From Trichinella spiralis (Eukaryota): a DNA stretch of 64,000 bases. Location of the stretch: contig NW_003526948.1 of assembly GCF_000181795.1 (NCBI RefSeq), positions 2,782,327 to 2,846,326 on the forward strand. The letters are read 5' to 3'. Positions 23,931 to 39,230 of this stretch are shown here, piece after piece (positions within the stretch are counted from its first letter, which is position 1; every line of letters begins with the position of its first letter). A program made the translations under genes and the position numbers. The notes below the pieces were generated by a model. The model ran no database searches. It saw only the letters and a program-made list of their open reading frames with translations, and had not been told where the DNA came from.

Positions 23931-26900
23931 ATGCACAGTGCAGCTTCTGCATCTGCATATTGGAATTTGATGTGTTCAGCAGCCTGGGGTATCAACAGGG
24001 CAGGATTGCTGCCTCCATTTTTCAACACAGAACGGTCAGTGGTGTTAGGAACAGATTCAAGATTGGTCGATTCGAAACTTTTGGAACTGGGTCCCAGCAG
24101 ATCCGACACTTGTATGGTATTGCCAATTTCTGGTCAGAGCAACTCGAACGACATGTATACCTCTTATGGTCAGCTAATTGCTTGCAAGAACTATCGAGGC
24201 AATCGAGAAAATAAATTCAACGAAATATTTCTCCATTCAAGCGAAGGTAATTTAAAAAGAAATAAAAAAACTTCAAAAACGTGCTTTAAGCAATGCATGC
24301 AATTTTTAAACTGCATTACGATGAAGAATATTAAATAAAAATGCAAAATGTTCAAGTCACATTTTCAATTTTTTAAAACGTGCAAAATTTTCTACTTCAA
24401 ATTTCTGTTTTATTTTTTTAATCGTTTATCAAAGCACATTGCGTTTTGAAATAGCTGAAATCAAGTGCTATCACAGAAAGAATCATTTTTCAAACACACA
24501 TTTTTACAACATCAAAATCACGCGTGTATGGGCATTACTGATGGCAAAGTGGATTCAACGTAGTGAAATTTTATGACAATGTCAAATTTGCTAAAGGTGT
24601 CAAATTTAAAGTCGTCTCGAACGCTAATCAAATGAAATGCTATCGTTGGAGGCTTAAAATACTATTTTAATAGCTCTTTCTCGTGGAATTAAAATACAGA
24701 TCATATCAAGTGATTTATATTTTCAAATTCTTTGTGCTTATTGAATTGATGGTGATCATGATTGAATAAAAATTTAATCATAAAACACAATTACATTAGG
24801 TAACTCTTTTTATAGGTGAAAACGCAGAAATGAATAAGTCGACAAATATATCGAATGCTAAACGTCGACGGACCAGAACCAACTTTACTAGCTGGCAACT
24901 GGAGCAGCTGGAAAGTGCATTCGAAACCAGTCACTATCCAGATGTGTTCATGCGAGAAGCGCTTGCTTTACGTCTGGATTTAGTTGAAAGCCGAGTTCAG
25001 GTTTTATCATATCTTATTTTTCTATCTATTCCTATCCTTTAGCACATATGAAACTTCTTACTAACACACTTTATTATAAGCATTTTTTATTATTTAAAAT
25101 GAGCAAATAAGAAACAGCTATGTATTAATTTTTTTCAAAATAAATTGGGGCAAATTTAAACTAAATATCTTAAAAGAATTCTTCACAATTAAACCAATCA
25201 CATCTTACTAATGGAAAAATGCTAAATATTAGATATTATTCTAAAAGTGTGCAATAAATCATCTCTTATTTTAAAGTTTCACCAGATGGTGGAAAATTTT
25301 TATTATTCGAATTTTTTAATCTATTACTGCGGCATCATTAAGAAATTGGATTAAGCAACTTTCATTGCATAATTGAAGCATTTTAATATGAATTTTGCAG
25401 AGTTTACATTTTGACCAAAGAAAATGAAACAAAACGCTGTTTTAAGTTTCATTTAATAAAAAAATATTGTAAATGTAAAGAAGTGGAAGGAATTAAATGC
25501 ATGCAAGCGTAGAGAACATTCTTTTCATTTATAAGGAAAAATTACAGTAAAATAAAAAAACAAATACGTACACTGTTTCTGAAGCTTATAGTGTTAGTTT
25601 GTTTTTTACAGTTTAAAATATTTAAACTGATCTAATTAAAGTGCAAATATAAGCAATGGACTATTCTATAGTTATAATTTAATAAAGGTACGGATGTTTA
25701 CGATTGATTAATTTCGAATTAAATGATCTTATTTAATTCAACAGCTGTGTTTGATCAGTGCAAAGTTTGTTCATCAAATAAATTTTTTTTAACCAAAAAA
25801 ATTTTAAATTATATAAAAATCTATAAAATTAGCCAAGCAGAAATGAGATAAATGTATAAACATTGGTGATTTTTTGTTTCTTGCTATTTTGTAATATCCA
25901 GTCCTCCTCAACAATAGACTAGCATTAATTATAAATATTAACGTTGACTGCATCAATAAGTTGCTAAATTACTTCAGATACTACGTTTTCAAATAAGACA
26001 ATAATCGAAAATATGATCATTTTAAAATGTGCCAAGCAAATTCCAATTTTTTTCCTCTTTAAAATTGAAAAGTTCATTACTACGATCAAATAAAAATTTC
26101 CTGTCACACACAGATTAATTTGATTTAAAAATCTGTCTTGAACAAATATTTATAAAGCTATATTTTTCTTTTCCAAAATGATGATTTTTTTGACATCTGA
26201 ATTTACTTTTCGATCAAACTTTTTTCCCACAAAACAATTTATACATATGTGTGTTCATATGTAATTCATAGCCGTTTAAAGGAATAGGTCCTTATATATA
26301 CATTTTTTTCTTAATTTAAGAGGTTTATGTATGTATATACAGTGAAATTAAAATCGCATAAAATTGACAAAGTGAAATATTAAATGGTGCTTGGCAGATA
26401 ATTCATGAACGTAAAAACGTCCAATTTAAAGGGCCGTTTCATCCGTATCAATTTCTGGATTATTTCTTAATGCAATATGCTAAAGAGAGGGTTATTGAAA
26501 AATCGATTGTTTTTCTCTCGCTTGGATGAGATAATCGAATCGGTGATCAAATTGTGATTAGACAACGCGCTTCTATTTACGTTTCACTGACAGATATGCT
26601 GACATTGCTCGAAAGTATTTTGTCATTCTTCAAAAACAAATCAATGCTGTTAAACAAAACCATAAACCATTAAATTAATCATTATCATTAGAAATTTGCA
26701 ATTGCATGATCTCCTTTTAGAAACATTCAATGTTTATTTAATAGGAAATCTCAACTAATTTCCTTATCAGTTATTTGCAAAAGAAATTAGCATCTTGAAA
26801 TATTTAGGATGATTCTTTTATTGAAGCTAACATTCATGTGCGAAAGTTTTTTCTACTTAACCATTTATTCTCTAATCTTTTACAATTTAAGTTCAAAATT

Positions 26901-27485
26901 GTTCTATACCATATATCCCAACGTGAATCATTTTATTTCAATTAGCCAAAGATCAAAAATATTAGCTAAATTATATAATTGGAATTGAAAAAATTAATTA
27001 ATTTTCAGGTATGGTTCCAAAACCGACGAGCAAAATGGAGAAAGAAAGAAATGAAAAAAACTATTGGCCGTCATTCCAACAGTTCCGTTTCAAATCAGGC
27101 AGAAGGAAACGACGTTGAAAGCTCTGATTTATTGGATAAAGCGGCTAGTAGCAGAAACAATAAAGAAATCAGTGAACAAAAGTGTGCTTCAGCTGACGAT
27201 GCAGGAAACGAAAGGTCCAGAGAAGGAAAAGGCAATCGTTCATTACTTTTCAATATTGATAACATTTTGGCAGCACCCAAAGTACCTAGGGGTAGGAGAC
27301 CAAATGCAAAATATCCAAGAGTACAAGCTTGCAAAAGCATGAGTGCTTATGGTTTGGGCATGTTCCCGTTGTTTCCTATAACACAACCTGTTGGATTTGT
27401 TATCAAGCCAAGCAGTGACATTACTGAAGAAATAAACCCCGTTGAAAATGATCAAGTGGAACCATCCGATGATAGCGTTCAGTAA
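23931..27485 (+). CDS. unc-4: Paired-like homeobox protein UNC-4/Uncx, 3 exons
   Basis: Exons 23931-24246, 24816-25000, 27009-27485 join in frame. Q50 homeodomain [60 protein letters not shown] and eh1-like motif FNIDNIL. Exon 1 is less certain. Confidence 0.92.
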
Positions 27486-30347
27486 TGAGGCAAATCAAAC
27501 GTTCAATGCTTTACAGAGTTATGCATTTACACTATGCAAAAGCTTTGGTGAATTATTTTCGTTTCATTTTTATTTAAACATTTCATGTTGTTTGCATAGA
27601 AAATGAAATATGATGAGACATTCCTACATGCACTTCTTAAATGTCTTCCTTAAATTCTACAATTACCCTCTCATGCAAATTTTTCATTCCTTAGAAAGGA
27701 TTCATTCATGAGAATTTAGAAGCTATGTTTTGTTTTGCAAAAATAAAATATATTTTCTAAGAGGAATTCGACGAAAAACTAAAATCCACAAATATTGAAA
27801 TAAAATATTAATTCAGTTCACTTATTACCCTAACATTTTTTACTGAATAATATATATATATATTTATTTATTTATTTATATATCACATCGCAGATTGATA
27901 TCAGTAAAACAAATAGATATTTGCATCATAGATAACAATGTGTTTTCATGCTTGAAAGTTTAAGATATTTTAATTTTTAATGCTTGTTAAACAGTCAAAT
28001 ACATAAATTTATAAATCGCATTTTATTATGAAATATGCGTTGGCCCATTTAAATGTGAGACAAGTTATCGAGTTTGTCGATTATCATTTGTTTTTTTAAC
28101 AGTGATCGTAATCGCATTTAATGCTTTGATATTTTGATTTGAAAATGAAAATTATACATCAGAAAGAAGGAAATTATAAAAGCACTTTAACGATAAAGCG
28201 ATTAAATCATTGATCAAAACGTCACGACTTACCATAGACGACGATTAGTCACAACACAAGGGCAACAATCTAATTACATGTCAAAGACGTTTTCACGCAT
28301 TGATTTTAGGTGTGATTCTCTTGAGATAACTTCTTCAATTAAGTAATATCATTATAATAGGAAGTTTGAGAATGATTAACTTGATTCATGATAAACGTTA
28401 ACGATGCTCGACTTTATTCTTCAGTACATTTCAAGTCAGTTGAGACGTCGTTTCTGCTCAAATAAGACAACGAGTTGATGCGCAAATGGAAACCGTTTAC
28501 CAAGTGATACTTAGCCATATAAATGCTTTAAATAGTTTCCCTTAGCCGTGATAAATTATCGACAATAAACATAACACGTCAGCTTTTTATCTATCAAATA
28601 TCTATTAACATATTTAAATTTTTCACCGTAACATATTTTCTTTTCTATCAGCCATTTCTTTACTTTGAAAAAATTGCACAATCATGGCAAATCAGTATGA
28701 AGTGCATCATACCTTTTCCATTTTTACTTATTATTAAATTATTATTTCAAATGTTTGAAAAATTGTAGACTACTCCATTGCTGTCAAGCAAATTAATTTA
28801 TAATTAGTTGTATAATGTAAACAGTCTTATCAGCATCAATTCCGGTCATACTTTTTCCTATACAGATTTTATATTATACATTAAGTAAATAATGAATTTA
28901 TTTTTATACTTCAGCATTAAAATTATATTTTTGAGATAATTCAAATTCTTACAAAGACAGTTGGTTATTTAAAAATAAATGAGATCTAAAACTAAATATT
29001 AATACAGTGCTTGAAAGGAAAAATATTTGTTACTTCCTTTACCACAAAATGTGCATACAAAGCATCAAGAGAATTCACAGTAAATGAAAAACATTAACAG
29101 ATAATAGCACGTATATACAAGTGGTGAGGGTAAAAAATGAAAAATAATAATAAAAGAAAACCTTGAAAACATTAACTGCTGATTGTAAAACAAAAGTTAC
29201 TATGCAATTTTACCTTAGAAAACGACTGCTTATTTATAAAAATCAATTTGTTAATAAATCTACAGCATAATTACTGCAGAATTAAACTGTTGTTTTAAAT
29301 TTTATTCAATATTTGGAACTTTTCTTTTGATTAAATTTAGTTACTGTATTTTAAAACTTGCAAAACGTTTTTATCTGTTACAGTATTCCATAGTCATTGG
29401 TTTATTTATCTTTAAAGCAATTTGAAAAAAAAACATTAATGTTCTAAGATTCCTTCTGCTGTTTAACAACAGCAATTTTCAAGTTGCAAAAGTGAAAACC
29501 GTATTTGCACAATTTAGGTGCAGTGCATATATCACATATTAAGCAAGCAAGTTAACAGGGGCGAAACAGAAACACACTTCTTCGACAAAAAAATTATGTG
29601 CAACATCAAATCTATTCAAATTAACTCAGAAAATTTAAATAAAAGTAAAAGTTCAGAATTTGCTTTGCTGAACTTCACTTGTTTGTTTCAAATGCGTTTG
29701 CTTGTCTAAATTACTAGCATACAAGAACTGTTGCCTTGTGCAATTTTATCGTTTTCTTATTGCTTATGAAAATGTAAGATAAAGCAAAAAATACAATAAA
29801 GATCAATTATGAACTACTAACGAAGCAAAATTGTACATCAAACAATGACTTATACCACCAATAAAATTATCTACGTTCCCATGCTTGATAATAATTTGCT
29901 TATATGCTTTAATAATTTAATGTAAGATCAAAATGCAACATAATGATTTACTATTCATAATTTATAATCAAATATCACCTCAAAGTTATAACAATTTTGA
30001 CAAAAGTAAACTTTGCAATGTTGCAAGGGTAATCACTCCTTACTTTTATTATGATAATACGTAAACATACGCTATTCAATTATTTGAAACCGATTAGTAA
30101 TCTAAACTCATTCGCGCTTCAATTTTTCAAGACTCCACTAGAGGACACAGATCACAAAAAATTAATAAACAGACAGGGCGTAGATCAATCTACGTAATCT
30201 GCAATTAACTATACGCCATGAATGCATTAATAAACAGATGAACATTCAAAAAAGAATTACTAAAGCAATGACAAACAACGACATTTCCCACTATTATAAT
30301 TACTAACTGAAAAACATTATGAAGAACTGTAATATGATATTGAGAAT

Positions 30348-31690
<1,343 letters not shown>

Positions 31691-33695
31691 CGCGTGATAT
31701 AAGACCAACACAACACCAACACTGACTTTCGTTGCAAAACAACTGTCATACTGTAATAAATAATAATAAAGTTTTATTAATGATGATTGATCAATAAACA
31801 TAATGACACAATTTAATAATTGGAAATTGTACTTGAATCAAAATAACATATACTATAAATTTATAATTTTTAAAAGGAGATAACAAAACAATATTAAACT
31901 TAAATGAAAAATGTAGGTGTTAATTGACGCTTTCGGTGCAAATAACTGGATAATGAATATTGCATTTTGTCATTAAATTTCATCATTATGTACACTGAAT
32001 CAGATTGAAGGTGGTCAAGAAACATTAATTTTTAAGCATTGCAACAAAGAAAGGTAAGATAAGAAAAAATAAGAATGCTTTCAATGACTTGCACTTTGGA
32101 AAAGAATTCAGATTATAGGAAATACACGGATTTTGCATTGAACTGCAGTAGTATATTTAAAAATAGCGTCATTCAGCGATGTCTTATTTAATGATGAAGC
32201 CAAAAAGAAGCATATAAGAGTTGAAAGGAGCTTTTATGCGTAAACATATTTCAAAAACGAAAGACTATTTTGATATTTAAGAGTGAAAGTTAATGTTAAA
32301 TTTTCATTCACTTTGAAAAGTGGAATATTGCTCACAATGGATTCTTTGTAAAAAATTATTTGTTAAATATCTGTCTGGCAAAAGCTCCGATACCAAGCGG
32401 ACATATCAACTTCTGCTGACACTGTAATTGTAGTCCATAATGGATTTTAGTAAATATTTTGACGATAGGAAAATCCAGCCAAGGTTTTCCTCCTTATACA
32501 GAGAAGGATTGCACAATCGTAGCATTTGGACGAATGTAAGCATGTTTTTTTCAAATGACGAAATGAGGAGCATTTGCCCTGTTCTGACATATAGGCAAAC
32601 GTTTTTCAGAGATTGCTTCTGTGTTTTCTAGCATGCTTGCTGCGCATGTGCTCGATATAAATCAACCAGCGACCGCATGAATCCGCAGTCACCTGATGAG
32701 GTTAAACGGTCAATCATGTAGTCTCTCCCAGTTTATGATAATCCAGATGTATGCTTCTGTTGTCCGCAAATCCGAAGTTTCTAGACAACAGCTGTCAAGT
32801 TCATATACTATGGTTATTTTCATATCAAACATTGTTGTACGATTAGGCAAAATATAACGCGTAATTTCAGCTGTATCGCAAAAACACAAGTACAAACATT
32901 GGCTCAATTTGCAAATAATATTCAACTATGCGAATACTACGGATTCCATAGGTTACAGTTGCAACTAAAATGATCTTTCATTGTCATATTGCGCGCACAT
33001 AATTGGGTAACAATTTCAACTGTTAACACCCGTTGTTGCGAATGTACAACAGCACTTCATTCACCCATAATTGAAAAACAACAGAACTAAAAACATTCAC
33101 AAAAATTGCACGAGCATCAAAAACACATTGGTCTCGCACTACAAGTTTTCTGCTTCGATTAGCTGCAGTCAGTATCCAAGCTACAGGAAATTTCACCCTT
33201 TCAAATATGCAGCTTTTGAACAAACTGGTCTATACATTTGCGCATAAGATCCATTGAAATTTTTTACGAGTAGCGCACTTGTCAAAGTTGACACGAATTT
33301 TAATATGAACAGCTAAAGCAAATGCTGTCAATTCGCAGCACTGGTAAGGAAAGGAATAAAAGCGCAAGATTAATGCAGTTACGATTGCGTTGATTTTTAG
33401 ATTTATTTCCATTGGATACCAGAAAAATTCATTTCTACGACAAACAATATTTCTGTATTTTCTCATATTTCTATATTTCTTTCTCATAAGTTTGGGAAAA
33501 TTCTCATTTGAAATAATGATACATACTGCCTAGAAAAAAATCATATATAAATGCATATAATATATAATATTATGTAAATAAGATAAAATATATAATATAA
33601 TATAATATAATATAAGAAAGATATCAATGCATGAAAAATTATAAATGATAAATTGTACTGCAATAAAAATTGCCAGGAACACCGAAACACGTAAT

Positions 33696-35658
33696 TTATA
33701 TTTGCAATACAGAAATACGTTCCCGCAACATATTTTCTTGAACATTAACACCAGTAACAGTGTTTACCATGTCGACACAAAGAAGCTGCATATCCATACC
33801 CAATTTGTTTTTATATGTTGTCTTTTTCTTCACAACAATTGTAAAGTCGTTTTTCCACACAAGAGAGTTAAAATATTCGATCGCATCTGCTGGGTATTCA
33901 TTCATATCATTTGGACTGCTACTTTTCACTCCAAAAATCGAACATGCCATTACCAATGGAGAGATGCTGGCGTAAGAATGCTTCAACATTCGAACCGATT
34001 TCACCTCAATCGGAATAATGCATCCAAAGTCTATCAGTTGAAAAGAAATAAAACCATCTTTCGGTTTTTCCAGACATAATCCTCGATGAGTATAATGCGC
34101 ATATCCCATAGCAGAAATATCGGCTCCTACTATATACAAACGGCCTGGAATAATGTCACCCTAAAAATACAATTCACTTTAATGAAATAGAAAATGAAGC
34201 AAACAAATAAATACGTGAATAATAATTCAATTTGAAATGTATACCTCTGAAACAGACGAATTCATTCGGAAATCGTTAGCCATTTTGCATGAAAAATCAT
34301 CGTAAAATAAATTTTTCAGGCCAACACTGCATACAAAAAAAAGGGACGGATTCTCCACATGACATACAGTACCTCTAAACTGATATGGCAACTTCACCGA
34401 TCCATACATTTGAATCATGAAAGGCTGAACTGATTTATACTGCTTTTTTTCTTTTTTTGGAAGCTCAACTAAAATTAAAATTTATAACAAGCAACTAAAT
34501 ATATAAATAAATAAAATATATACTTATATAAGTACTTTTGCTGGAAGATTCCATTTTAACCGGTGTTGCCATCGGCTGAACACAGATCAGCCGTTTCTCT
34601 TCATTTTCCTTCCTATCCGGAACTACCGATTTTGGTTGGACAGACCTAAAAAATAAAAGAAACAATTTAAATTAACATAAAAATATCATCAAATAATAAT
34701 AATATATGACTATAATTATTACTGAGTTTTTGTTAGCTGGACTGAAGTCTTCGTCATTTCACTATTATTTGACTTTTGCATCATTTTCGGAGCCATCATC
34801 TGACAACTAGAAGCATATCAAATGAAAAAGATTATTTTAGATTTACTATCTAATAGAATAAATTACGGCGCTGGAGGACGTGCCATCTGTCTCATGGGAT
34901 TATCCAGAGGAACATTCTGTTTAACTTTCCCTTCAACAAATTTAACATTGGTTTGGGCACGTGGACCCATCTTCGGAGCTGCATTCTTGACTTCATATCT
35001 GAAAAAATACATATTAGCAATTTAATAAAACAGTGCATAATAATACCTAAATTCATTCATTCTGTAGTTGTCTTTCCCACGCTGCCTTGCAATAAGACTT
35101 CTCAAATCTGCTGTCGCAGCATTAGTCATACCGACATACAATCTTTCACCTCTGTTATTGCTAAATATTCACGAGCACAACTAATTCTGCATCATTTAAT
35201 AAAAGCATGATACATAAAACTTATTCAGCTTTATTATACATATGTATTCATCTATTTTATAAAACAATATCACGCTAACATACGCAAAAGCATAAAGCAA
35301 TGCACTGCCAACAGACAAATTAAAAATTACACCTTATATTCCACAAAACAAGTATCATCTTAATCTTACTAAATAGAAACAAAGAAAACCTAACAAAACG
35401 TTAAAACTAACAAGAATAAAAAAATTTATTTTTTAATGAATTTAATTACAATAATCATTACCACTTAATTTGCACCTGCTCCGGCATTGTACATAAAAGT
35501 TCATCGAGTGTTCTGAAGCCATGCTGTCTGAAAGGAATGTCAATACCAGTCAAAGCTTTAAATTCATTCAGCAACTCTTTTTCTATAGCTCCATTTTTAA
35601 AAGATAACAAGACAGAATGCACTTTCTTAACAACCGTCGGCAAATCCATTACTGACAT
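33696..35658 (-). CDS. LOTUS/OST-HTH plus extended Tudor domain protein (TDRD5/Tejas/LOTR-1-like), 7 exons
   Basis: Exons 35658-35462, 35160-35047, 34998-34867, 34806-34723, 34645-about 34524, 34468-34245, 34160-33696. LOTUS VHSVLLSFKNG...EFKALTGIDIPFRQHGFRTLDELL with extension helix TADLRSLIARQRGK. Extended Tudor VCHVENPSLFFV...HRG...LIDFG...YASISPLVMACSIFGV. Confidence 0.85.
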
Positions 35659-37118
35659 ACCGGGACGTGTGCTTAGTTATCAGTGTCTAAAATATAACTG
35701 TTACGTTATGTTGTTGTACATAAAATCAAATTTTTTCGCTTTCATCAATCACTGCTGTGTATTCAGGTTCATCAAACAGATGAATTACCAAAGAAAAACA
35801 ATCTTGAAAAATAATATTACAATTCATCACTTCAGTGCCGATGAAAGTTAAACTTGAAAGGATGTGATTTGATCCAGCTAACAAAAACTCAGTAATAATA
35901 ATAATTCAAGTTGAAAATACGCTTTACCAATATCTCATAAAAGTACATTTATGGTTCAAATAATTTGCTTTCAAATGCCTTAAAATTTATAAATTATAAA
36001 CATTGAAGAATAAAATTAGCTGTCAACAGAAGTGAAATACAGTACTACGTCACAAGTGAAAGTCTGGACATGCAAAAATGATCATTTAACAACCTTAAGA
36101 TTTTAGAAATTAAGCTACAACGAACAATTACTCCCACAACGATAGTAAGAACCATTTCAGTCAATACAGTATAAAAAAGTCAAGAATTAATACAAACAAT
36201 TATTGAGTTCGAAGAATGTCGTTTTCTTATTTCATTTAAATTTCAGTTCAAAGTAATGAATAAGAGAAAGTAATAAACAATACCTAGTACTGAAGGAAAT
36301 CAGTTGTATTAATCGGCGTGAAAAGTCTAGTCGATAAATCTATGGTACAGTGGTTAGAAAGCACAAATCGACGAGAAAAATAAAAATGTTTATTAAATAC
36401 AAAATCTGCGTTTATAATTTGCAGAAAACAAGCAAATGCAATATTAATAAAAGCGATGGGAATATGCTTTAGTTTTATGAGCAGTACGATTACAGTATTT
36501 ATTATGACAATCAAGTTATTCGAGATAATGTTGTTCTACATTTTTTAAAAATTAGCACATTACGAGTCAGTTGTTAATTGCATCAGAAATAGTTTTGTAA
36601 TTGGATTGCAATCATTGAAATCTGAAGTTCAAAAAATGTAATTAGACCTTCCGCCCAGTGGTGAAGTGCTCCTATTTTTCCTGTTGATCAGGGATATATT
36701 ATTTTTAATGGAGCTGAAGCAACCTTTTATCAGTTACACTCTTTATTGCCAATCTGGACAGAAATTATAAAATGATAGATGTTTTGAAACGGCGAGATTT
36801 ATCAAATAAGTCGATGAGAGTCAGTTGTTCAGTATCAGATCAATAATAAACCTCTGCGCCAAGTTACTCTAAAGCATTTACAGTACTTTGATTATAAAGT
36901 TCATTTCTTGGTTGGATAAAAGTATCTTTAAAAGTTTTAATAAATTCGCTTAGTGTAAATCATAATATATTTTAATGGACCAGTTAATAATTCAGATGGA
37001 ATAATAATAAGTAAACTGTTCCACATTATTAGCATACTGTAATTTGTGCTTTATTATTATTATTGTATTTAGATTAGGATTTTGGTGTTTTTAGTGTAGT
37101 TCGCTTACTTATTGCAGA

Positions 37119-38524
37119 ATGGGTGCTCTTCTTTCACGTGCGGGATATCGGAATTACAATGCTGAGCTGGAAGTTCTTTCTGAAGAAATGAAAATTTTAG
37201 AAAGTGAATGCCGCTGCATTGGTTTCAGACGTTCCCGTGCGGATTTGGTATTTTTTACTGTGCTTTTTATTAACGTGATGCTTGTTTTGATGTTGTGCCA
37301 CTTCGTGAAAATTGACCGTCTGCTGAATGAATATAGTACATTATTTTACATCACGGTGTTATTTCCTTGTTTGGTGCTGTTCATTCGATTTGTTTATGCT
37401 TGTTATTATGGGCGAAAATTATATAATCGAAAGAAGCGTTTGGAAAATCTGATGCGTCAGCGGCAGGAAATGTTACGTGAAGTGAAGGAAAAAGCGGTAT
37501 ATAACGTCGCCAAAGAGCTGTTGGATCGATACGACTTCACGGTATGCTGTTGTTATTTCAATTTTCAATTCACTTTTTTGTGGTTAGTTGTCACGACAAA
37601 TGTTCTCTAGTGCTATAACAATAATGTTGTGTTATTGTTTTGTGAATTTTGAGTTAATATTGATTTGAATAAGTAGCTCATGGTGTACACATTCGAACAT
37701 TGATATTTAAAAAATTTTCAATAGTTTTATTGATGATACAATATCATTTCTCTTCTACATTGGAAATCCCTGTATTTTATGTTCATTTGCACCGTTGAGC
37801 GTAACGTGGTAAATACAAAACGAAACATAAATCTTAATTATATTTTGGTTTATAATTATCATCATTGTTAGTTTAACTCGGAAATTTTTAATAAATAATT
37901 TTTTAGTCGGAATATTTGGATGGCATGGCAATGAACGAATCACCGAAAAACATTCGAAGACGCCAACTGGGCAATTCTCCTCTAAGCAGATCACCGTTGA
38001 CAAACATTACTCGCCCAAATGCTGTTGATACTACTCCATCAAATTGTCCCAGCACAAGTAATTCCTTACACACAGATATTAAAAATTCCTCTACAGATGG
38101 CAGCATATCTTCACTGTCATCTAACGAAGGTGCGAATCATACACAAAATACGCCCAAAAGCTCTGATGAATCGGTGCAAATATTTTCTAAACTTCGCCAT
38201 TGGTGGGAACAATTTATGGATTTTATTGTTCGTGACGGGCCAGCAGAACGGTTTGTACGCTTATTTTATACACTAATTATTTGACGACCAATTCATCGCT
38301 TTCTTAGGTATGCACTTATTTGTGTCTACTGTAAAGGACACAACGGTATGGCAATGATAGAAGATTTTGAAAATTTATCTTTCCGGTGTTGTTACTGCAG
38401 CATGTTGAACAAATCGCGTGTTGAATTGCGACGTCGAAAAGAAATTAAGTCGTCATCGCCTTCTCCAACTGTACTGAAACGAAGACAGAATCCTTTCATT
38501 AGGGAAACTACAGATATCTTATGA
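37119..38524 (+). CDS. lnp-1: Lunapark (ER junction formation protein), 3 exons
   Basis: Exons 37119-37541, 37907-38250, 38308-38524. MGALLSR myristoylation motif, two TM segments, EVKEKAVYNVAKELLDRYD, zinc finger DGPAERYALICVYCKGHNGMA...FRCCYCSMLN. Confidence 0.93.
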
Positions 38525-39230
38525 ATGAGAAATAATTTTCGAATATGTGCGAAACACTCGCTTGTTTTGTTTCAAGTTTGTTCTTTTTATCCAATGTTAA
38601 ACTTATGAAAATAAAAGTGGAAATTCAAATTCGTTTTATTAATTATATTCTATTACGAAATTGTCATTTAAAGAATTGCGCTCATAAAAACGTCAATATT
38701 TTTTTCCACTACTATACTGTAATGAAGAGCTGTAAACTGACAAATGTTGAAAGCAGCGTAAAGTTTGAGCAAATGAAAATGACGTCATTTTTTCATCTGC
38801 GTACTCTCTTTGTTTTTCACTTCGTGTTGTTTTTTGGGCGCGTCGTAATGAGTTGCAACGGAAACTGTCCTGTGGTTGAAAAAGTTCGTTGAAATAGAAA
38901 AAATCAAATGAATTTCAATATTGAATTTTGTTTATCACTTGAACATCGTACATGCACAGTAATACCTTTTTTGTGAATAAAAATTCAAGGTTGATAGTAT
39001 ACTGTAAACGAACGTTCTATTTTTATAAGAGATGAGTCATCGGTTTTTCGGTGTTTCGCATAGGTTGTTTGGGGCGAGCGAATACGCCAGCCGATGAAAC
39101 ATATTTCCTGAATGCAAAAGCGATACGGTGCGGTGATATTTGTTTTAATTAAAATTGTCTTTCTCGTTCGTTGTCGATCATGCCAAACATTTGCAGAGAT
39201 CAACAAGAACACTGAAAACTGTACGAAACA

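Noticed and set aside
25472..25484. 13-nt match to the miR-1 body (AATGTAAAGAAGT) in unc-4 intron 2
   Set aside because: Seed GGAATG is absent, the 3' end differs, and the hairpin is weak and AT-rich.
32693..32720. CTGATGAG hammerhead core motif (also at about 53430)
   Set aside because: No properly placed stem II plus GAAA at 32693, and no stems I and III at 53430.
32300..33500. Several 60-85 aa ORFs between tpi-1 and the LOTUS gene
   Set aside because: No motifs or coherent splice structure. More likely UTR or intergenic sequence.
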